Positions 1 to 11,230 of a stretch of 64,000 bases of DNA are shown piece by piece. The number at the start of each line of letters is the position of its first letter. The stretch's first letter is position 1. The translations under genes were made by a program, and so were the position numbers. The notes beneath the pieces were generated by a model that worked only from the letters and a program-made list of their open reading frames with translations, did not search any database and was not told the origin of the DNA. Where the stretch lies: the NCBI GenBank assembly GCA_951406725.2, contig OX597819.1:28458001-28522000 (forward strand), read 5' to 3'. The DNA is from Octopus vulgaris (taxonomy: Eukaryota).

Positions 1-43
1 CCACCAGGAACAGACGTAACAACATCACATGCCCACAGTACAG

Positions 44-156
44 GACGGGTCATTCGAAGTTTTCTTTCTTCAGTCAAGCACCAGATTATCCTCGCAATTT
101 CAGCTGATGGATAATCTGGTGCTTGACTGAAGAAAGAAAACTTTGAATGACCTGTC
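44..156. repeat. inverted repeat with 44-48 bp arms and a 17-nt spacer
   Basis: 48-91 is the reverse complement of 109-152 with one mismatch. Confidence 0.9.
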
Positions 157-1160
157 TTTGTTTTCTTTGTATCGTCTATCTGGATGTTTTGTTGTCCCTT
201 TTTGTATCACCTAGCTGTCCGAATGTTTTGTGTTCTTGTCTCATTTTGTATTTTATATATATATATAGCGGCATATGCACACTTTGTTCTCTTATATATA
301 TATATATACACACACACACACGACCAGCTTCTTTCAGTTTCTGTCTACCAAATCCACTCACAAGGCTTTTTGGTTAGCCAAAGGCTACAGTAGAAGACAC
401 TTGCCCAAGGTGCCTCACAGTAGGAATGAACCCAGAACCATGTGATTGGCAAGCAAGCTACTTACCACACAGCCATTCCTGTGCCTATATATGTATATAA
501 TATAAATTTATATAATATCATCTAGTTTACACAATTACAAAAGAGCTAGTAATAGTTTCATACTTTAAGATACATAAATCAGCAGATTTATATAACGTGC
601 CATGTAGTTCCAAGCAATCTGTCAGGCTCTGTTCATAACATTAGATATAGGTTAATCCTGAAACCTATGTATACCTACCAACAACCTCACCACAAATGAG
701 ATGCAGTGGAATCGCATCAGTGATTTTTTGTATGTTTTTGCAAGGCTAATATGTGTTTCCCATGTTGTAATTCTTCCAGTTTCAACACATGATCTCAGAT
801 CAAATCAATTACCTGGCAGGTATACTTCTGCAGTTCTAATACTTTTAAAAGAAAAATAAAAAGATATTTTTGAACCAACAAGTTGTATACATAAGCAATA
901 GAATTCAATATTAGTCAGAATATTAGGGCTGTGAGCTGGCAATCATAAGCATGCTGGGGAAAATGCTTAGTGACATTTTCTCTGTCTTTACATTCTGAGT
1001 TCAAATTCCACCAAGGTTGACGTTACCTTTTATCTTTTTGGGGCCAATAGAATAAGTACCAGTTGAGTACTGGGGTCACTCTAATTGACTTAACCTCTAC
1101 CCCAAAGTTGCTAACCTTGTGCCAAACTTTGAAACCATTATTATTTATATTCCATTTCAG

Positions 1161-1277
1161 AAAACAGAACGTGGATGGCGAGAGGTTCTTGTTGATTTAA
1201 ATTTAGATTTATCTTCTCCGAACGATTTTAAATTCACAGTCTCAAAATCTCCTACTCCTGCTTTGGTTATCTTCCAA
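1161..1277 (+). CDS. NDUFAF7: NDUFAF7/MidA arginine methyltransferase, internal exon (upstream exons lie outside the window)
   Basis: ttcag|...|gtaagt; 117 nt; KTERGWREVLVD...PTPALVIFQ matches the recalled NDUFAF7 motif KTxxGWREVxVD. Confidence 0.92.
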
Positions 1278-1601
1278 GTAAGTATATTTTTTATTTCGTT
1301 TGTCGTTCTAAATCCAGTTTTTTAATATTTTCTATTTTTATCTCTGATGTTTTAATTTCTGACAACGATGTTATCTTTTATCTTTTGTCTTTTAATTGTT
1401 TCAGTCATTAGACTGTGGCCATTCTGGGGTAACACCTTGAAGAATTTCTAGTCATATGAATCAATCTCAGTACTTCTTTTTTTCATTTTTAAGCATGGTA
1501 CTTATTCTGTCAATCTCTTTTGCTGAGCTGCTAAGTTACAGAGACTATTTCAGCAACACCAGTTGTTAAGCAGTGGTGGGAGTCATGACAACATGTATGC
1601 C

Positions 1602-1644
<43 letters not shown>

Positions 1645-2379
1645 GTCTTCTTTAAGTTTCTTTCTATCAAATCCACTCACAAGGCTTCAGTCAGCCTGAA
1701 GCAATAGTAGAAGTCACTTGCCCAAGGTGCCCCATGCAGTGGGACTGAACCTGGAACCATGTGATTGGGAATCAAACTTCTTGCCACGCAGCCACACAAA
1801 CATTTTCTGTAAGCCTTAAAATAGATTTTATCTGATTTTGAACCAACAACTACAAAAAATGGCTAAAGTTTCCAAAATGTTTAATTTTATTTCAGAAACA
1901 TCAGAGATAAAAATACCAAGCTTTATTTCAGGAACAAAAGCTATTTATTTATTGTATACCACAGTTTGTGAACAATAGCATTGTTGGTTACAGGTTTCCC
2001 ACACGTTGGTTGCTAATTCACAATATTTCTGATGTGTTAAGGAAGTATCTGTTACTCAGATGATTTTAACACCTAATATTTCAATTATGTTTACAACCTT
2101 TATTGACATATAGCAACAGATATTAACACACACACACATATAAACATATACTCACACACATAGCATGCTCATCATATTCATATGATAGATTTCCATATAC
2201 ATTCACTCTTTCACTCTGTCAAATTCCACTCACAAATTAATGGTTAATCAGAGGGGTTGGTAGAAGAATCTGCTCGTGATGCCAAACCCAAGTAGTTACA
2301 AAACAAACTTCTTAACTACACAATCATGCCTGCACCTGTAATTTCTGGTTGACATTATCCAAAAGATATGCATAAATAT

Positions 2380-2454
2380 AAATGTGTGTGTGTTTTTGTA
2401 TGTCTGTCTGCCTGTCTGTATGTCTATCTGTCTGTCTGTATATGTGTGTGTGTA

Positions 2455-2499
<45 letters not shown>

Positions 2500-2590
2500 G
2501 TATGTGTGTGTTTGTATGTATACATATATATATGTATATGATGTGGGTTTGTATGTATATTTATTTATATCTTTATGTATACTTATCTAC
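2380..2590. repeat. compound (TG)/(TA) microsatellite, representative of many in the window
   Basis: Direct reading; similar tracts at 2894, 3690 (AAT), 10222, 37365, 44210 and 59560. Confidence 0.9.
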
Positions 2591-2889
2591 TTCTTCCTCC
2601 ACACACAAACTGACTAAACATAGTCTTCTAATTTACAAAACTCTATTCAATTATTCTATTTATTCATTATTACTTATCACTGATTCTTTGATCCCAAGAA
2701 AGACAGTTTGTTTTACCAAAAATGTCCCCCACCACCACCCCATTAAATCTGCCTAAATGTATAAATGCCAGAACTACTTACAGCAAGCTCCTGATGATTT
2801 CACACTAGTCCTGTAAGCCCTTCTATAAAATATATTAATTTACTTGCTATGTATTGAGTACCTTATTTACAACCTGACTCAACCGGACC

Positions 2890-2932
<43 letters not shown>

Positions 2933-4500
2933 CCGAGCAAAACGCCTCCCTCCCCGTCCAATGGACAGTGCTGAGTTGTCAAACATTTAAACCAAATTTT
3001 CTCAAAACAACTTGTCCAACCATCCTATAGGCCTCCCTTTTGAGAAACACTGACTTAACCTAAATTTGAGACACCAGCAAATGACAGATTTCGACTGATG
3101 TACTTGCACGTATAAATGCACGTTCCCACGGCTTTATCGATCACATTCTCACCTGGAATCAATTTTTGTAATATTTTCAAGACTTATACACACCCTGGTA
3201 CCGTCGGTATCTTCATATCAAATTTGAGCGCAATCGGATGGAGGATGGCCGAGATCCTAGAAGACACACAGACAGACAGAACAGATTTTATATAATAGAT
3301 ATAGTGAGAAAAGAAAAGGAATTAAAAAATTGAGGTGGATATCAATAAAGCACTCAGTCTTAAACGAACTTGGTTAACTGTATCAAACAATCAGACACCA
3401 ATAAATGTGAGTAGAATACACATCCAAGGTAATTCATTATGTATGGCAAGTAGACCTAAATATCATTTGGAAGAATTTCAAGAAATTCAGAGCATTAGAC
3501 AACAAAAATATAGATAGAGAAAACCACATCTCTAATTGTTGAATTCATCATACAAAGCCGATGATTATTTCTGTTGTATCAACATATCTAGATACAGAAA
3601 ATATCATTCAAATTAAATTTAAATTTTATTTTTAATTAAAAAATTTTTTTTTTTTACATACATACATACATACATACAAGCATACGTAATAATAATAATA
3701 ATGATAATGATAATAATAATGATAATGATAATAATAATGATAATAATAATAATAAGTGGGTGTAAACACATGAACAAAATAAGAATAAACAAAAACAAAA
3801 ACAAATTACACGAACGTATATAAACAGAAGATGCAAATATTACAGGCATTCCCCCCCACACACACACTAACTAAACATAGATGCACATAGAGATATACAC
3901 ATGTGCAAATGAAAACACATACAATAGGAATACAAAATGGCTGACGGTTAGTAAGGAGAGACACACAAATAAGAAAGAAGAAAGCAAAGGACCACTGATG
4001 CGGTGATAGGAGTGTGACGAAAGAACTCTGGCCGAAATAAGATTAAGATTAATGTAATAAATAAATAACGCTGAAGCAAAGTAACACCAAATATATAGTG
4101 CATGTGTTTTTATTAGCTAAACTGGCAAAATGACCATTCCGAAATACAACAACATTCAAATTAATTTATCTGAAACTACATGTTAACATGGCAATCTAAA
4201 ATTAGTTAAATTCAAAGTGAGTTAAGAAAATATCTCCAGTACATGAATGCATACAAAAATAACAGTAAGAATAAAAGTAGCCTAAGAAAAGCTTTTTTTT
4301 ATATTCAACTCTTTGTGATGTCAGTGGATAACAAAAGAATTAAAAAAATAAACTTATGAATTCTACATTACAGGAATTAGAAACATAGTGACTGTATATC
4401 ATAGAGATTTTATATCATAATTAGTTATCTATCTATTTAATATACCAAACATCTTTAGAAAAATTATGTTTATTATATAATATGTAAAAAGCAATTATAA

Positions 4501-4950
4501 TTAAGAATTGAAGTATCTAAATTCATTCTGAAATCTGTGACATTCCATTGTAAAATTATCATTATAATTTAATAATTTTAATTTAAAAGTAATTATATAA
4601 TACATTTCTTCAAGACAAAGATCACATGTATAATTGCCAATATTGTATGATGGTGTGTAACTAATAATGGACCACTTAATGTTCGTGTCTTTGAAATCCC
4701 AAATGCATTTACTAGGATTTGTAAAATTACCTTTTCTTCTATACTTAAATGAATGGAAATGATTATAAAATCTAGATTTCCAAATTGTAGCAGATGAACA
4801 TATGTAGATATACTTACCATACCCTGTTATTAACTTACATTGATACACTATATTTCTCCTTAAACACTGATTTTCTGAAGGACAGACAATTTTGTTTTTA
4901 CAATTACACAGACATTTATTCACTTGTATTTGGTATTCATGGTTAAAAGA
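4501..4950 (-). mobile_element. Penelope-like element remnant, GIY-YIG endonuclease C-terminal region
   Basis: CNC-x5-CP...C...IVY...YIC...KSRFYNHFHSF...IWDFK...IKWSI...CDLCLEE resembles the PLE GIY-YIG C-terminus; the YIG motif is degenerate (YIC). Confidence 0.75.
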
Positions 4951-5651
4951 ATTCCTACTAGTCTTCCTCTCAGAATTGGGTGTTAAGGCAAGATTATTAT
5001 TATTATCAATATTATTATTGTTATTATTAATATTAAAACTAGGTGTTAACTTAGCTGTCTTATCAGAATCAGAGTTACTTCTACTTAAAGAATTGAAATC
5101 TAGTTCAGGAAACGTCATTAGATTTAGTTTCACAATACACACTGTTGATTCTACTCTTGTTTACAGATTTTTAGTTAAGATATTCTCTAATTCTCTGTTT
5201 GTTATGTGCTGCTACAATCTCAGCAAAATTTATGGTGGTTGAATACAAAAATTTCATACTGTGGCGATTGAATAATTTCCCATATTTAATTGAAGGTGGG
5301 AAATATCTAGTGCAGTGAAGAATTTTTAAGGAATATTGGTAGCTATTGAGTAAGTGAATGGTGCATTATACCAGATAATATTCTTTGATATGTTCTTTCT
5401 GTTATTTACATATATGTTTTTCTTAGTATCAACATTATTAATATTGGATTTTTTCCTACTGTAATTTTTATTCTTAAATTTATATCAATAGACTCTTTCT
5501 TCTTATTATTATAATCTTTTCTTAGATTATATTTCTTTTAAACATTCTTTTTGTATGCATTTGTGTACTGAAGATATTTTGTTAGCTTACTTTGAATTTA
5601 ACTAATTTTGGATTGTCTTGAAAGCATTGTGTCAACATATATTTATTGCAG

Positions 5652-5801
5652 GTTGATGAAAATGACAACAGAGACCATATTGAAATGAGTTTTGAGTCTG
5701 GTGCAATTATTGAAACCCTGTCTCACAGAATTGCAGAAAATGGTGGCTTTGCATTGATTGCTGATTATGGTCACAATGGAGAAAAAATGGATACTCTGAG
5801 A
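5652..5801 (+). CDS. NDUFAF7: NDUFAF7 exon
   Basis: tgcag|...|gtgagt; 150 nt; RDHIEMS...RIAENGGFALIADYGHNGEKMDTLR contains the DYG motif. Confidence 0.95.
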
Positions 5802-5931
5802 GTGAGTTTTATATCCTCTATATTCTAACAAACTTGTTAAGGGATATACAGTTGAAGTAAAGAATACTAGATTGAGGAAAGTGCTTACTGAAAGGCGAAA
5901 TATGGTTGAGAGGAAGTCGTTCTTAGGTTAA

Positions 5932-6152
5932 CCCTTCCATTACCGTATTTATTTTGAGATGCTCTGTGTTTCTTTCAATTATTTTAAATATAACAAAGAA
6001 TTTAGAAAAATAATTTAGTTACCATTAAGCTAGTGATAGTAACATAAATTGTGACTAAGGTTTGGTGGAAGATTTTAATTCAAAACTTATGAAAACAAGA
6101 CATTTGTACTACAGAGCCAGAGACGGTTTCGGCCGGGTTGGTAATGAAAGGG
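5932..6152. mobile_element. piggyBac-like MITE
   Basis: TTAA on both sides; TIRs CCCTTCCATTACC / GGTAATGAAAGGG. Confidence 0.8.
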
Positions 6153-6724
6153 TTAAACACCTAGCTTGCAACAAAGTGAACTCAAGTTATTAAGTAATGG
6201 TGTTAAACTGGGCAATAGATTAAGCTTATCACCTAAGAATAGAAATGCTTCTTCTAACGGGCTTCCACACAGCTTCTGTTTACCAAATTTCACTGGCAAG
6301 ACTTTGGTCAATTAGACGTTATGGAAGAATAAACTTGTCTGAAACTTAACTGCATGCACCTATTTGTTGCTGGTAATTTTTTAACAGCAGAGATACTGAG
6401 TTAGGCTGTGATAGATAAACATGTAATCTCTATTTGGTTGATTGATGAGGACTGTAAAACCCAATCTTTCTGTAGTTATACAAAGGAGGAATACATGAAA
6501 GCTATTTTTTTGCCCATTGTTTTCTACAGATCCACCAGAAAATATTTCAGTTCACAACTGTTAGCTAATAATAATTCAGTAATTTTATGATACATCCACT
6601 GCTTTTAGGGGCTACCATACTATTCTAGAACAGATATTTAGGGATGGTAGAATTAGAGCATGGATAATTATATGTCATAGCAACAAACTCAATGCAATGA
6701 CAGGATGCAGAGTTCTTACCTCAG

Positions 6725-7141
6725 GGATCTTTTCGGTTTGAACGGCAGTTTTTAACATAATTTCTAGGTAACTAAACACTTTTAAACTTCGTATACTGGT
6801 AGAATGTGTTTATAAAACATCTTTTTCTCTTGGCTTTATTGAGAAAATTCTATTGTTTGTAAGATATTTGTTGTTTTTTTTCTTCAATTTCTGCAATTTC
6901 AACCAATCACTGACGTCTGTTGAGGTAAAAAACATGCTGTGCTGTATGAATATGTCCCTCGTTTAAGAAACAGATTGGGTTTATTTACATTTGTGAAGAA
7001 AAAAAGATAGCCTTCCTCCCACCCCTAACCCTAACCCTAAAACAGATTGAAATGCAATAGATCGATACTAGGGTTATAATTATGGGTGACAATTTCATAT
7101 GACACCGCTAGAAAAAACTGCCGTTCAAACTGAAAAGATCC
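6725..7141. mobile_element. Merlin-like MITE, copy 1
   Basis: TIR GGATCTTTTCGGTTTGAACGGCAGTTTTT; 8-bp TSD TACCTCAG at 6717-24 and 7142-49. Confidence 0.9.
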
Positions 7142-7223
7142 TACCTCAGTTTATTGTCCAGTATCTTAATTAGCTCAGCCAGCTGTTCTCCTAAAATAAA
7201 AACACTTTAAAAAATGTAATATA

Positions 7224-9296
7224 TCATCATCATCATCATCATCGTCGTTTAACGTCCGTTCTCCATGCTAGCATGGGTTGGACGGTTCGACCGGGGTTCT
7301 GGGAAGCCAGAAGGCTGCACCAGGCTCCAGTCTAATCTGGCAATGTTTCTACAGCTGGATGCCCTTCCTAACGCCAACCACTCCGTGAGTGTAGTGGGTG
7401 CTTTTTACGTGCCACCTGCACAGGTGCCAGGCGGGGCTGGCAATGGCCACGGTCAGATTGGTGTATTTTATGTGCCACCGGCACGGAAGCCAGTCGAGGC
7501 GGTGCTGGCATCGGCCACGAGTCGGATAGTGCTTTTACGTACCACCAGACCAGGGATCCTGGCTGGTTCAATTCGATTTCGATTTCGCTTGCCCCAACAT
7601 GTCTTCACAAGCAAAGGGGGTTGGCATGGGTGCCTGTCGTACGGTCGCATTGGAGTATTTTACGTGCCACGGCCACGAGTCGGATAGTGCTTTTTACGTA
7701 CCACCAGACCAGGGATCCTGGCTGGTTCAATTCGATTTCGATTTCGCTTGCCCCAACATGTCTTCACAAGCAAAGGAGGTTGGCATGGGTGCCTGTCGTA
7801 CGGTCGCATTGGAGTATTTTACGTGCCACGGCCACGAGTCGGATAGTGCTTTTTACGTACCACCAGGCCAGGGATCCTGGCTGGTTCAATTCGGTTTCGA
7901 TTTCGATTTCGCTTGCCCCAACATGTCTTCGCAAGCATGGGGGTTGGCATGGGTGTCTGTCGTCGGATGAGGTTCTATATCGACTTCGCTTGCCTCAACC
8001 GGTCTTTGTGTCCAAGGGCGGAAAGGCATTCATAAGTGGGCTGGGCTCACTTGTCCTGCCTGGTCTTCTCACGTACAGAATATTTCCAAAGGTCTCGGTC
8101 TCTGGTCATTTCCTCAGTGAGGCCTAAAGTTCGAAGGTCGTGCTTCACCACCTCGTCCCAGGTTTTCCTGGGTCTACCTCTTCCACGGGTTCCCTCAACT
8201 GCTAGGGATTGGCACTTTCTCACACACCTATCTTCATCCATTCTCGCCACATGACCATACCAGCGCAATCGTCTCTCTTGCACACCACAACTGATGCTTC
8301 TTAGGTACAACATTTCTCTCAAGGTGCTAACGCTCTGTCGAGTATGTACACTGACATTACACATCCATTGGAGCATACTGGCTTCATTCCTCACGAGCTT
8401 ACGCATGTCCTCAGCAGTCATGGCCCATGTTTCGCTGCCATGTAGCATGGCTGTTCGTACACACGCATCATACAGTCTGCCTTTTACTCTGAGCGAGAGG
8501 CCTTTAGTCACCAGCAGAGGTAAGAGCTCCCTAAACTTTGCCCAGGCTATTCTTATTCTAGCAGTTACACTTTCAGCGCACCCACCCCCACTTCTGACTT
8601 GGTCACCTAGATAACGGAAGCTATCAACTACTTCTAGTTTTTCGCCCTGGAAAGTGACGGAAGTTGTTTTCTGCAGATTTTCGGAGGTTAATGCTCCCGA
8701 GCATCTGCCACATACAAAAACTATCTTCCCAGTTAGCCTTCCTTTGACATTGCTGCACCTCTTATGTGTCCATAGCTTACACTGGGTACATCTTATAGAG
8801 TTTCTACCTACACCTTTTCTACAGATCAAGCAGGGCCATCTTCCTGAAGATATTTGTGGATTGTCTACCTTTCTACTTATTAGTACTTTGGTTTTAGCTA
8901 GGTTGACTCTAAGGCCCCTTGATTCTAAACCCTCCTTCCACACCTGGAACTTCTCCTCCAGTTCTGATAGTGACTCAGCAATAAGAGCAAGGTCGTCAGC
9001 GTAGAGGAGCTCCCAGGGACAGCCTGTCTTGAATTCCTCCGTAATTGCCTGGAGTACTATGATAAATAGGAGGGGCTGAGTACTGAACCCTGGTGGACCC
9101 CAACCTCTACTTTGAATTCTTCTGTGTACATGTTGCCAACCCTAACCTTACTTACGGCATCTCTGTACATGGCTTGCACAGTCCTCACCAGCCATTCATC
9201 TATCCCTAGTTTCTTCATTGACCACCAGATAAGGGATCGGGGGACCCTATCAAAAGCTTTCTCCATGTCAACGAAAGCCAGGTACAGGGGCTTATC
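7224..9296 (-). mobile_element. 5'-truncated RTE-clade LINE in an NDUFAF7 intron
   Basis: RT ORF pieces 9057-9338 and 8047-8943 (AFVDMEKAFD, HQGSVLSP, PHD, RLRWYGH), then the 3' UTR and a (GAT)n tail. Confidence 0.95.
7512..7940. repeat. about 159-bp tandem repeat (about 2.7 units) in the RTE 3' UTR
   Basis: cggccacgagtcggatagtgc recurs at 7512, 7670 and 7829. Confidence 0.9.
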
Positions 9297-9377
9297 ATAT
9301 TTCAGAAAATTAAAAGTAAAGAAAAAAGAGCCCCTCAAATAAATTGTATTTTTTCCTTATTAAATATTTTCTTACAG

Positions 9378-9486
9378 GGATTTTTTAAACATCAAGTTCA
9401 GAGTGATGTATTTTTAAACCCAGGATTTGCAGATCTAACAGCAGACGTTGACTTCAAATATATATCCAAAGTAGCTTCTAATTATG
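9378..9486 (+). CDS. NDUFAF7: NDUFAF7 exon
   Basis: tacag|...|gtaatt; GFFKHQVQSDVFLNPGFADLTADVDFKYI contains the family motif PGxADLTADVDF. Confidence 0.95.
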
Positions 9487-10218
9487 GTAATTTTTAAAAT
9501 TTTTATTTCTTAAGACTAGTTCTTCAATCCATTTCATGTACAGTTGGGTAGAAAACTGTTGCTGATTCTGATATAAATCCTTAAATCCTTAAAAATGTTT
9601 CAGCCCGAAGGCTGTGGCCATGCTGGGGCACCACTGAGCAAAATAAAAATATAACAGTCAAAGTTCTAGCTAAGTGAAGTTAGCAGGATAAGTTGAGAAT
9701 ATTCTTCTAACTTCATTTTGATCTGATAAACAAAGTCTCTTTTATCTTTTAGCTTAATTCAGTCATTTGACTGTGGCCATGCTGGAGCACCACCTTGAAG
9801 GGCTTTAGTCAAACAAATCAACTCCAGTACCTTTAGTTTTTCTTAAGTCTAGTACTTATTCTATTGGTCTCTTTTGCTGAACTGCTTAGTGAGTAAATCA
9901 ACACTGGTTGTTATGCAGAATGGGAGAACAAACATAGACACAAAGATGCAATATATATATAAAAATAAATAAATGCACCCTTTTAAAGCCTAGTCAGGCT
10001 CATGAGCCCGGTTTCCCGGTTTCTATGGCTATGTGTTCTCCAGCTGGACGGGACACCAGTCCATCGCAGCGTTACTCATTTTTGCCTGCTGAGTGGACTG
10101 GAGCAATGTGAAATGAAGTGTTTTGCTCAAGAACACAATGCTTCGCCCGGTCTAGGAATTGAAACCACATTCTTACGATCATGATGCTGACACCCAAACC
10201 ACTAAGCCACACACCTCC

Positions 10219-10264
<46 letters not shown>

Positions 10265-10908
10265 AGTGAGAAAGGATCTACAGACATTGGGCCTCACAGA
10301 GGGGATGATAAGGGACTGAGACTTCTGGCAGTTTGCTATGCTTTGAGAAGACACATCAAGGCAAGTAAAATTGTAGTTGTTCTTGCAAACAGGCATATCC
10401 CCTACATTCCTCTTCTGCTGAGTGATCCTAATCTTGTGGGTACATGGGTGCTGATACCACATAAAAAAGCACCCATGCTGGTGCCATGTAAAAGCGCCCC
10501 TGCAGGTGCTAGATAGAAGCTCCCAGTACACTCTGTAAAGTGGTTGATATTAGGAAGGGCATCCAGCCATAGAAACCATACCAAAACAGATATGAAGTCC
10601 AGGCAGCCTTTCAGTTAGCCAGCTCCTGTCAAACTGTCTAACCCATGCCAGCATAGAAAACAGCATAGAAAACAGATGTTATTACAACGACCACAGAAAA
10701 TCAGAAAATTAGAAGTTGTGACATTAATGTTTTCCCAAGTGTAGTAAAATGGTTTCTGTCAGGAACTGAAACTGCATTGTGCATCTGATGGCATACATGC
10801 CAAATGCTAGTACAAAATATTGCATGAATTATAAAATCAATTTTCTATCTTTTTATACAAATTTTACTTTGAATGACAGAAAAATATATGTATTTTTATT
10901 TTTTGAAG

Positions 10909-10976
10909 TTGACATTTTTGGTCCTACAACACAAGGTAGTTTTTTACAAAACATGGGAATTGGAGTTCGATTGAAG
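10909..10976 (+). CDS. NDUFAF7: NDUFAF7 exon
   Basis: tgaag|...|gtatgt; phase-compatible; DIFGPTTQGSFLQNMGIGVRLK. Confidence 0.92.
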
Positions 10977-10999
10977 GTATGTATTTCATTTAAATATAT

Positions 11000-11230
11000 A
11001 TTTCTTTATTGCCCACAAGGGGCTAAACATAGAGAGGACAAACAAGGACAGACAAAGGGATTAAGTCGATTACATCGACCCCAGTGCGAAACTGGTACTT
11101 TTATTTATCGACCTCGGAAGGATGACAGGCAAAGTCGACCTCGGCGGAATTTGAACTCAGAACGTAATGACAGACGAAATACTGCTAAGCATTCCGCCCG
11201 GTGTGCTAACGATTCTGCCAGTTCACCGCC
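11000..11230 (-). mobile_element. SINE family B; other copies at about 26125-26345(+), 26940-27305(-), 43676-43905(+)
   Basis: gagctggcagaa...gagttcaaattcc head; 18-bp TSD TATTTCATTTAAATATAT. Confidence 0.9.

Noticed and set aside
2382-2756. ORFs rich in C/V/Y/I (also 3619-3867, 10202-10531, 37195-37458 and 44158-44461)
   Set aside because: Translations of microsatellites and SINEs.
2941-3299. Possible further Helitron (TCTATTATATAAAA 5' end on the minus strand)
   Set aside because: No 3' hairpin or CTAG end was found, so it is not listed as a feature.
7265-7970. Recurrent ORFs beginning MLAWVGRF (also 40251 and 60535) and the repeated MSSQAK peptide
   Set aside because: Antisense translations of the RTE 3' UTR and its tandem repeat; frames differ between copies.
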